From positions 96,001 through 160,000 of the forward strand of contig CAWCFT010000006.1 in NCBI GenBank assembly GCA_963794945.1: a DNA stretch of 64,000 nucleotides, read 5' to 3'. The position numbers and the translations under genes were made by a program. The stretch's first letter is position 1; each line of letters starts with the position of its first letter. The notes below the pieces were generated by a model. That model was not told the origin of the DNA and searched no databases. It saw nothing but the letters and a program-made list of their open reading frames with translations. Of this stretch, positions 30,301-42,300 are shown one piece after another. This DNA is from Endomicrobiales bacterium (GTDB lineage: Bacteria; Elusimicrobiota; Endomicrobiia; Endomicrobiales; CAWCFT01).

Positions 30301-33300
30301 AGACCGGCCTTTCATGCTTTGGGCTTTTCCAACCAAGGCCGCGAGCCCCACCGGTATAGCAACCGCGAAAACCCTGTATACTATTGTCCAGAAACCAAGC
30401 ATTTTAGAACCTGTGACCAGATAAGCAGTAACTGTCAACAGGGCCGCCGCTGAAAACGGCACAAGAAATGATAAGCCTGTCTGTGCAATTCCCCTGGCTC
30501 CGTTTGCTCCGCCTTTTTTTGACATCATTTCATTTATTTTGCTGCCCGCCACACAACCTAATATTAAAACCCAGCCTGTTGCAAACAGCATTATAAAAGG
30601 CAGCGCAATATCTGTAAAATGCAAAGCAAATATTGTTACAGAAATAGCTGCAAAAGCCGCGCTTATCGCCATACCTGCCTTATTAATAGCCTTCACGGTT
30701 GATTTTGAGGTATTTTGGCTATTAACGGAATGGGCTGAAATATCGGATATTTCAGCCGGTTCGACTGAGGGATTCTCGGTAACAAGCGGCTTATCAGAGG
30801 AAACGCTGTTCTTAATTTTTATCGCAAGATTGAGAAGTTTTGACTGGCTGTTTTCCGGATCCCGGCTTATAAGTTCGTGAAATTTGCCGCTGGTGTTGTT
30901 AACCGGGTCTTTTTGAATGAACCTGTATTCTTCCACCTCGTGCTCAACCAGTGTGTCTATAGCTTTATCAATGCTTTCAAACCCTTCAGGAGGGCTGTTG
31001 TTTTTTAAGCACTCTTTAAGATAATTCATCATCAGGCTTTGCACCCCGAGAGTCACGACCGTGCCTTTGCCTTTTGCCTCTTCCATTCCCAACCCGGCGA
31101 ACCAGCAGGAATCCTTTGCCTGTGGGTTATCAACCAGTTTGATATCATTCAGCTCCACAAGGTGTGTTTTTATTTTGGCTTTGACCCTAGATTTCAAGCT
31201 CTGTTCTATCTTGTCCGCCAAGACTTTCCCTGTTTCCTGTGTTTTCATGTTTGAAGCGCCGCCATTGTTAATTAATGGCCACGCGGACGAAACATTTGGG
31301 CTCATGATAAAACGCGCAAGCAGAGTATCAAAACCGCCCAATGTTTCAACCAGTTTTTGAACATTAAAACCCAGTGAGGTTATCGGAAGGCCTTTTGCCT
31401 TTTCCCAAACCAGGAATGCTTCGGGTTTCAGAGCCGTATCAAGGAAGTACTCCCTGTCATCAACAAATTTTCCGATCTTATTTTTTCCGTACTCTATTTT
31501 TTTGTCCGCGTATGCCTGCCATAAATAGGAATTTGGAATAAAATCATTGTGGCGGAAAAACTTTCCGTGCCCGGGGATCCCTATAAGAAAGCTTTTCGCC
31601 CCGATATAACTGGCAAAGTCAGCGGCATAATCTATCATCCACTTTGAAAACCTGTCTTTGTTATCCATGTTTTCATATTCGGATGCTATTTCCAGGTTTT
31701 GGACGACCAGGCTGCCGTCTTCGGCAATATACAGCCATAGGCAGGCCACAGCGTGCCCTTGAGGGTCTACAACTTCGATGACATTCATGGCCTCGTCAAT
31801 AAGCCTCTCTACCATCGCATAACTTCTAGTTGAATTCATGCCGAGACAGCAGTCAACGAAATCGCCCATAAATATATCACGCCCGGGGTTTTTCATTATG
31901 GGCCGGACTGTATATATTTTGCCGTTATGCTCCAGCGTCCGCGGTGCCATTCTTTGTTCTGCCAGTTTGCCTATATACCTGTCAACATTGATTCCGGCAT
32001 CAGCCATCGCTTTTCTTCCAGCTTCATTATTAAGCGCTATTTTTCTCCCAACTTCTCCGTTTTGGCTTGTATTTTCAACATAATCCCAGTAGCTGTCATT
32101 TAAAACGGCCGCTATAAGACCTTCAAACCAGGGAAGAACATGAGGATATGTCTTAGCAAATAATTTTCTGGCGGCCGTCAGGCGGCCGGCGAATGGAAGG
32201 TGCAGTTTATTGAGCATATCCGGCTTTAGACCATTTTTTTCTATCCCAACCACACTGCACAAACAGGAAAGCAGTTCAACGCGCAAAGAAGCGCACATTT
32301 CCTGTTCCATCTGGGCAACATCCGTAGACCCGCTTTTGAAACTCTTTAACACCTTCTTAAAATCATCCGCCTTTTCAAGCGACATGAAACTATCCGCCAG
32401 CGCGGTTATCTTTACAAAGCCGCTGAGTTCCATTTTTACTAATTTTCTATTGCCTTGTTTCGCCCTGTTCTCCGCCGTTGTTGACAAAATGTTCTGGGAA
32501 AGCGATATGAATGTTTCAGACATGTCTTTGTCCAGAAGCGCCTGCCTCAAACTGTCTATCAAACGGGTCACGCTTGAAGGAGGGTTATTTTTTTTCGCCG
32601 CCGAATCCAGAAGGCCTTTCATATCATTGATAGCGCCCGGAACGATCATCTCTAGAGCGAGAACGACAGGGGCGTAATCATATTCAAAATTTACCGTGAC
32701 CTTGTTGCCGGACCGGTCGTTGGTTTCGGAAAAACTGTCATTCAAGCCTTTCAATAACGTTTCGAAGGTTTCTAACTCCTGCTCTGTCATTTCTAGTATC
32801 TTTTTACGCGCCCAAAGGTTGTCCCTGGTTACCAGGCCGTTTATAAAAAGAAACCGCATCTTTCTATCTTTTGCCAAAAACTGCAGGTATTTTCCGTAAG
32901 TTTCTTTGTTCAATCCTATAAGCCCTGTTAGAATATTTTCTTTGACTGCCGGGTCCGGGTCATTTTGCGCCTCATGAAACACAGAGATTATCTTTTCCGC
33001 GTACGCTTTCCGGTTCACTGCGATTTTAATAAGCGATTCTGAAGCCTTCACGCGGACTACCGGCTCATTGTCACTTAGGGCGGGGGCCAGCGCCTCAACT
33101 ATCTCATCCGTATTTGCATCAATAATGGTATCTTCATCAGAGCTTGCCGCGCTTCCCTACCCCTCCCAGGGCTGAGGCGGCGTACGTTTTTACACTTACA
33201 TTCGGCGCGGCCAATGCATTGCGTAATTCTTTAACTATATCTTCGCGTAGCGCTTGAACATGCCACAGCTTTGGCATCGTTGCGACAACCTTTAATCTAA

Positions 33301-36300
33301 GAGGCTCATCCGCGCCGTCGTTATTGGCCTCGCGTAAAATAGCCATGACTTTTCTGATGACCAATTCGGACGCGCCCTCACTGCCGGCCATATCAATCAA
33401 TCTCTCTGAAGCCCGCGTTGCCACGATCGGGGTTGATGAGCGCAGTCCTTCGCGCAGTAAACTCATAATTTTGTCTATTATCTCATCACTTACTTTTTCA
33501 CTGTTTAGAATGTCCTCCCACGCGTCATATGCTATCAGGCGGACATGAAGGTCATCATTAGTAATTGTCGCTTTACTCAAGGCTGGAATAATATCATTAA
33601 TTAAAATATCGTTATCCCGGGCCTCAAGATTAAGCGCAATAAGTCCCAGCTCGCGCGCGGCGCCTTCCTGGGCTTCATAATTGCCTTCTTCCAATACCTG
33701 GCGCAGTATGCCTGTGATTTCTTCAATAACAGGTCTTTCAGCGCCAACCTGGCTGGCCATTCTTTCAAGCCCTCCCAGAATACTCTCTCGCATTACGCCC
33801 TTGTCATTTCCATCCAGAATTGAAACTAAATATTTTTGTATTTCTTTGCTTATATTTTTACGGCGCCCAATTTTACATAGAGATTGGGAAATTTTTATTT
33901 GAACATTTTGAAATGCGCCCTTAAGCGCCCCTTGCAGAACAGCTGCAATTTCACGGGCTGTATCATCGGATATGTCTTCCCGGCTTCCAATATTGCCAAG
34001 CGCCGCGGCCGCGTCAGCTATCGCGCTAGGTGAAGGGCTTTCCTTTAATTGGCTGTAAAATGCCTGCAGTATTTCTTTAATGCCAGCCCCTTCGGCTGAA
34101 GGTGGTAAATGCAATGCCGCGGGACTGGGTTTTTCATCCTGATTGTTTTCGCTGTTGGCATTTTGTTGGTTGACCTGAATAGCGGGGCCTTCGGCTGAAG
34201 ACGTGGGATTAAATATTGGGGAATTAATAACTTGTTCTCGCGGCGCTTCTTTTGCCGGATTTATGGTGTTTTGGATTTTTTTATCCAGAAACCGTTTGTA
34301 CTCCAGCGCGCGCCGGAACATGGTGCGGGCGAACAGGCGGGCTGGCGGCCCGACACTTTTATTATCTTTTTTACCGATTTGATATTCATCATAATGCCAA
34401 AGCCCGCCCGAATTGCGCCCGTTGACTTCTATTACAACCGGCATAAGAACGCCTTCCGCGTCCCGCGCGATAATGTCCACCCCGGCGAAGTCAACCTGCT
34501 GATTTGCAGGAGGCGCTTTAGCTAAGTCGGGCTTTCACTTCAAGAGCGCGCGCAGCATTTAACGCTGTTTTTTCTACGCGATCCCTGAAATCCGCGGCTT
34601 CCTGAGGCGAAAGGTCCAGCCGCCAGCACAAGCTCCTTGAAATCCGTGGTGAAAGCCTTCTGGGATATATTTATAGCTTTGCCTCGCACTCCGCAGCGCA
34701 CTACAAGCGCGGAGACAGCCATGGAACCGCTCCGGTCGCGGGATACAAGAACACGGAAATTCCAATCTACCCAACTCCGTTTTTCCTTGAAATAACGCGG
34801 CGCTATGCGTTCTTCCATTATAACGTCGTCACCAAGGTCCGCGGTCATGACTCCAGCTTTCCGCACCTTGCGCTGTTTGGTTAGAAGCTCCAATATATGC
34901 CGGGCGATCTCATTATCATTTGCTGTATCGGCAAAAATGCGGACACCTTTACCTTGGCTGCCTCCGGCCGGTTTTACAACTACTGAAAGATGTTTTTGCC
35001 TGAAATTACTTATATAAGGCAAAATATCTTCTATGACAGTGGATTCGGATAATTGAACGGGCCGTGTCCGAGCCTCGGTTTTTTCTGCTATCATAGGGTA
35101 TTTGCTTATGGCGGCTGACCGGATAAACGCTATTCCTTCCGAAGTTGGAACACCGGCTTCTTCCAGCGCCCAGTTGGTTTTGATTTTGTTAGTGGCCAGA
35201 GCTTCGAACAGGCGGCTTTCGGAAAGCGGCACGCTGATCTTGGAAATGTGAGGGCAAGTGCCCGCTTGCGCGGGTGGCGATATAATGAGCCTCAACAGGC
35301 TCCTTGAAATTAAGCAGGCTGAGGCGAAAGTTACGGCTGGTTGCCCTATCCATAAAAAGGGCCTTTTTAATTTTAACACGGCCGTCAGTATCGGCCGACA
35401 ACCAATGGGGGTCCAGTATCATCAGGATATTTGCCGGGCGGTTTAACGCCCTGGCCTGCCGGCGCAATTCCAGCATCAGGGAAAGGGTGTTGTGCACTAT
35501 GCTGGTATGGCTTTGGGCAAGAATGATGTTAACTGCATTAGGGTTATGGTTTAATAGCGCGGCGCTGTCGCTAACGCTCCTGAACACGCCGCTATAGCCG
35601 GATTTGCGGATATAACTGCTGAGTTTTAGAGCGGTAAGCTCGGGCAATGGCTCGCTTCGTCCTGATTTTATCTGAAAAGGCTCGCCTTCGGGAGGAATTA
35701 TGTAAGTCGTTTCTTCCTGCGAAACATTCACTTGATTGCCCCGGCCGAAATCGATAACTATGCCGCCCGGCTCCTCAGCTGTTTCATCCTCTATCGGGCC
35801 TATTTCAAAACTCTCCTCGCCCTCCTCAAACTGAGCTGACGCCGCGTTATCAATATCAGCACCGGGCTTAGGCTCGAAAACTGCTGGCAGCGAGCCTGAT
35901 ATTCCTGAGCTGATCTCTGAATTGTTCAGTAATTCCCATAGGTGTTTTTCAATAATATTTTGGAGCTCTTCCCGTGAAAGGTTTAATAATTCCAGATCAA
36001 AACCCAGCCGGACAGCTTCTTCGTGGGTTTTGCCGGTTGATTCCAGGTATTCATGGATCAACGCTAATGTCGCGGCCGGAATAATTTTGTCGGAATATTT
36101 CTCTTTGAACTGCCTGGGCAGGATCACATGGAGAATGCCGTGTTTATCTTTACTGTATGTCACTGACCTGAAATTAAATACGCTGTCCTCATTTTTTTGC
36201 GGCGGAGAGTTCATTGTGTCAATAATAACCCTACCCTTAAACTGTTCGAGCAGCGGCTGGTCAAGAACCGCTTTTGTAAGCTCAGCGTCAAACTCAATAT

Positions 36301-39300
36301 TGCCTTCAAGCGCCAACAGCTTTAACCGCAAGGTCATGAGCTATTACTCCAGCGGCTCTGCCGGAAGCATATTCATTCACTTCTTTAACGAACGGGTCAT
36401 AAATTCTTTTATTCACCATCAAACTAACGCCCACAGCCAGCCAGAAGTTAACTCCAGAAAGAGAATTTGATATTGACTGCGTTTCCTGCGCGTATTGGCT
36501 CCTGTCCTCAGCCTGGCTTTCTTTTACGGATATCATATCATTAAGCGTTTCCATGTCTTCCGGCAGCGCATTGCTTACAGCTATGATAACATCAAACTTG
36601 TCGCCCTTGAGCTGTTTGAGCTTATTGTCTATCAGTTTTTCCATGTAGGCGTGTTTATATTCTATATTCTTGGGAATATAATTAGCTGAACCGCTGCGCC
36701 CTTCATTCCTGAATAATGAGATAATATCAGGGTTAAAAAGAAAATCTTTCATGTCCGCAAGAGCTATCTTGATCGACATGCCTTTGTCAGTAACGCTGAT
36801 TTCCTTCAAATACTCGGGCCTATGTTTAAGGAACTCTATTACCGCCTTTACCGTGTTGCCGCCTTCATTTTCTCCCTGGTAGACAAGGTTCCTGATATTG
36901 CTGAACTTCCTGTCGGAAAGTACTTTTAAATGGGATAATTTAACCGGGGTTTCTCCAAGCACCTGCTGGTATAGTTTTTTCAGCGTTATATGGAATTTCG
37001 CTTCAAAAACAGTATTATCACTTATCGCGTCAAACTCTTTTTCCAGGCCGGGGCTAACCTCGACAACCTTATTGATAGCCTCAAGTTTGCCAAAATTGAC
37101 GCTTTTCAGCACGGAACCGCGGACAACAACTATTTCGTATAGAAGCGAAATGTCCCCGGAAATCCCCAACACATCGCTGTGCTGCCTGTTCTCTTTTGCA
37201 CGCTTCGGACATTTTATATATATCTTTAACTACCTTATCATGCACAAGCTCTTTGGAAGGGCCGTCATAGTCCAGCAAAGCCCTGACTTTTCTTATCAGC
37301 CGCAGGTAGCTGAAATCATTGTTTTGAAATTTCTTTATCCTGTTAAAAGTTTCGGCGGGAATTCCGTATTCAGCGGAAACATTGTAGGCGGGGTTATTTT
37401 CCCGGTCCAATTCCTCAAGGTTTTTCTTAATTGTTTTCTGAAGCGCATTTTCAGGATAGGATAAAAGCTCGGAGCCGAAACCAAGATCGACCACCTCAGA
37501 ATGGGTTTTCCCGGTTGCTTCAAGGTATTCGTGAATTACAGCCAAAGTAGCGGCTGGAATGATCTTGTCGGAATATTCCTCTTTGAACTGTTGGGGCAGG
37601 ACTACATGTAAAACGCTGTTTTCATCTTTGCTGAACCAAACTATTTTTTCTTCTTTTATTTTTCTTGATTTATTTACGGCCAATTTCAGCGGAGGCCCGT
37701 TCATCATGTCTATTACGACTTTCCCTTTAAGCTTGGTTAACAGCGGCTGGCTAAAGACCGCCTCCGTGAGTTCTGTATCGGGTGTGATATTACCGCCAAG
37801 GGCAGTAAAAGCTTCCACCGCAAGCCCATGGTCTATTGCCTCTTTAGACCTGCTTGACGCGTAATTTATGATCTCGCCTGCGATGGGGTTGTCAGCGCCA
37901 AACCTCGAAATCAATACGTTGCCTACGGCTCTCCAGATATTAACTCCGGAAAGCGAGCCTCTTGCGCCTTTTTTCTCAGGCGCGAAGCTTACCACCCAGG
38001 AATCCCCCGCGGGTTCAAGGCTTAAGACGTCTTCCGGATTTTTCATTATGCCGGAACGCTTGCGCACTGTTATCAGCGGGTCTTCCTTATCACCGCTTAT
38101 CTCTATCCTGTTCGCTATTTTTTTAATCTTTGGTTTTACACTGTATGTCAATGTTGTTTTGAGCATCTTTGCCCACGGCAGCCAGGACCTGTTCTTTCCC
38201 AGGGGGACAGGCATTACGTTCGTTATCCGCGGGTCGTCAGGCTTAAAAGACAGCGTGATGTTTTTGCCGGCGCGCAGTTCATTTTCATTTTTTGAGCCTA
38301 AAAATGACCTTGTGTTAAATTCTAGGCCTACCGAACTGTCGCCGCTGAACAGCGGTATTATAAAGCCTGACATCATTGAAATAACTGAAGATATTAATAT
38401 TGTGGGGACAATAGCGTCATTTAACCCAAGTTTTAAAAATCCAATGCCCAGAAGCATGCCCCCGCCGCCTATAACACCCCTCATTATTTGAGAATAATTT
38501 TCAATATTTTTATTTTGTTTCGCAAAACCTTTTTTTATGGAGTCTTCGTTAGATAAAATTGCTCCTTCCGTGATTTCCGTGAGGTAAAACCCCTCTAAAT
38601 TGCTCAACACTAAATACAGGATGTTCTGGCCAAGGAATATCGCGAGGTACACGGTTGGCACCAGGCTGAAAAGAAGCCCTCCAAACTGCATTTTTCCGTA
38701 AATACTGGCGGGCACCAGCGCAAAGAAGAGCAGGCAGCTGACGACATTGAGAACGGCATTATAAATAAAATACTTTGACAGCCGCTTTACCCCTTTTTCA
38801 TTCTGTATCTTTTTCTCCCAGATGTGCCCCTTTATCATGTCCGTCCTGTTATCAGCGCGCATCATTTGAATATTGACTACCCTGTTAGTGGCAAAAGTGC
38901 AGGCAATAATTATTACGCTCGCTTCGATCACTTCGAGAACAAGGTTGTATATGTTCAGCACGCCTATATTCGCCGCGTATGTTAATATTGTGGGCAATAT
39001 CATGCCAACCAGCAGAGAGTTCACAAAAGTAGAAGCGGCCCATGATATTTCGCTTACCCTCACAAGCTTGTTATACGCGAGCGCTTTAAAATATATCAGC
39101 CGTTTATTGGCGAACGTAAGCATATTTTCTTTCATGAGCACTAGGCCAGGGTTGCTCACCTCAAGCAATGCCGTCCCATAAGATACGGCTTTTTGTTTTA
39201 TTGCGTCAAATTCAGCCGCTTTAACCGCGACCTTGCTGAATTTCGGCATGAAGAAGAACGTGTCCGCTGAGAACAGTTTTTCCAACTCCTCATCAGCGGG

Positions 39301-42300
39301 CATATTTTCTTCTTCATTCTCAAAAATGAATAGCACTTCCGAAGGCCTGCTGTTTTCAATAATACTCCTCATAAAAAGCGTCGGTATTTCGCGTTTTTCG
39401 GTTTTATCGCCGCGCTTAAAAATAATTGTTAGAAGCCCGTCATCCTTGCGCGCTTCGAGAAAGGCCGCCCGCGACTTCTTTGCCTATCTTGCCGTCAAAA
39501 TAATGAAGCACGTATGTTGTTACGGAATTTTGCTGTTTCATAGAAAGTTTATCTTCTATGATTGTATTAATGGCGCCTCTCTTTCTAATTGCTCTAATTA
39601 TTTTCGCATTGAATTTATTGATTTCAACAGGCGTGCCTTCGTATTCGGGAATATTATCTCTTTGGGTGCTGGAGGCATTCTTTTTATCATTTGTTAAAAG
39701 CCCCGGTATCGACTCTAAACCATTTTTGCTGACACCTTTATATATTTCTTTGGCTGTAAATAAAATTACGAGCCACGCCGCACGCGAGCGATGCCAGCCC
39801 TACCAGCGGGCTGGACATTAAACCTGACAGGCTGCCGCCAAGGCCAGTCATTGAATAAAGGGTTATTGGCGCGACGAAGAGGAACGCGAAGGTAAATACA
39901 ATTTTAAGCGCTGAATTTAATGATTTGTTTCCGTTATTTTCAGCTCTCACTTGCCCTGTTTTTAAAACCCCGGTTGCCCCGCCTTCATTTTCAGCCGCCG
40001 CTGCGTTGATGTTTTTCACTGACTTCAAATAAGCCAGGGCCTCGAACAAATTCATCTGTTTCTTGTTTTCCAAACCGGCGGGCACGTTAACCGCGGACAA
40101 CTCTTCCTGGCCAACTGCTTGCGTGCCGGGCAAAACCTGAGGATTCTCTTTGAACAGCGCAAAGTAGGTAGCATGCGTAAGAACGTTTAATATAAAAGTA
40201 GCTCCGGGGAACGGGAGCACAGTTCCCACCAACGTGCTGGCCCAGTTCATGGAAACTTCTATTGAACGCTTGTCCTTATACCAGGCCGGAGCCTTTCCTG
40301 GCGGATAGTGGCGTTTCCTGTAACTCGGATGGAAAGATTTAAAAAACTCCTTCACGCCTATAAAAAGCCCTATTGTGAATTCCGAATAGCCTTCCGCCCG
40401 CAGGAAATCAACGGAGGCCTGGTTCTCTGGAAGAGAGGTTGTTCCGCGCGAAAAAGTATTTTCAGTCCCTTTGCTTCTATTTTCGTTATATTCAAACTGT
40501 CCGGAGCCTGGCGCTTGCGGCTGGCCGGCCGTTTCCGGCGCTCCGTCAAGATATTCTTTCACGAACTCATCGCCGCCTGCTGCGTACGCGCATCCCCTCA
40601 ACAACCGCACAGTGCCCTCGAAAGTGATCAACAGAGAATCGCCTATCACTGGAACTATATCCGGTTTATCTACATCTCTATTCAGCCCTTTTTCAATGCC
40701 AAAACTTTCTTTTGTTATATCCTTGCGGCCGGGCCACGGCAGATAATTGTCGAGCTTTGTTCTTACGGCCCACGCCCCGTCATTAGCGTACCCGGCGCGA
40801 GACGAAGTAAAATGGCTGAGGAAATTGTGCACAGGCCCGCTGAAAACGGTTGGGATCTCATGCGTATGCCCGAAAAATATGTTCAGAACTGCCTTTTCCC
40901 GCCCCATTTTCATTAAGATACCATAGCGTCATTTTTCCTAATGCTATCGCACGTGCGCTGATATCACGCGTTTCCTGCAGAAGCATCTTCGCGACTGTTG
41001 CGCCTGCCAGCCTGTTTAAGACATTAGCTATAATATCCTCTACGCGGTTCGAGATATGTTTGCCTATCCAGCCGAGAAGCCAGAACCATCGCGGGTACTG
41101 CAGGGTTATTGTTTAAAGCCCCGTCCGATACGTGCCCATGTTCAAAATACAACCCGCGTTCAGCGTCAAAATAATACCTTACTACTTCGGCATTGAGGTC
41201 TTCCTGGACTTTTTGGTTCAGGTTCTCCCTGCTGTCGCGAAGCATTGAAACAAGTCCCTGCGCCGCTGCCTGGTTTTCTTGTTCTGTTACGCTTTCATCC
41301 ACGTAATAAATATTTGCCCTGTCATCATATACAGCCCGGTTTTCAAGGCCTCCGCTTAAAACTATCTTTCAGCCGCGGATAAAATCCTTAACAGATGGCA
41401 GCGCCGCGAGGCGCTCAAGAGCTTCAGCTTTCGGCCCCAAAACGATCACATGTTTTTTCGCGGTTTCCAGCAGTTCCTTTTTCGCGCCCTCAAGGAAATC
41501 CGGATGAATTACTCTGTCATGATTGCCAGCTATGTAAATAACCCTGCGCGCTTGTTTGAGTTTATCAAATAGCGCCTGATGGGCCTTTTTTGTTTTGCCG
41601 TATTTTTCCTGCCAAAAGTCTATAAAATCACCGTTAATTATTACCAGAGAGCGGTTGGCAACCGCTTTATCTAATAGCTGTATGAGTTCCGTTTCTTTCT
41701 GCAGGCCGAATTTATACGGCGAACCCGCGTGTACATCGGAGAAATTCAGTATCGTGTAAAAGCCCCGCACAAACCGTTCGACATCCTTAACGGCTGACGC
41801 GTCCGCATTTTCCGATTCAACGGAAAAACCTTCGCCTTCAAATTTGACCAGTACGTGTCCCAGCCTGCCGATGGTTTGGGCGCAGCGGGCATTCAATTCT
41901 TCGACTAAATACTGAGATTCTCTCTGGTCTATCCGGCCGCAAACAGCCAGATATTTTCCTGATTCGGCCAGGCCGGAGGCAAAACCTGCCGTGCCCGTTT
42001 CCTGGGGGAGTTTGCCGTTGAAAAACTCTATCCCTTCCAGCCGTTTCAAATATTCTTTCTTTTCTGAATCTTCTTTTTCAAGGCGGGACATGCTAATGCG
42101 AGTCTTTTTAAGCACTATATTCGCTTCAGCGGAAAGGTCCGGACGGGGCTTTGCTTTATCCCCTTCAAACACTTCAACGCTGCCGCCATTAATTACGAAC
42201 AGCAGGTCTTTTTCCATCATCTCGTTCCAGAAAAAGCCCGCCGATACAAGAACCCTCACGTATTCTGACACAAAACTTCTATCCTGGCCCGAAACACCTA

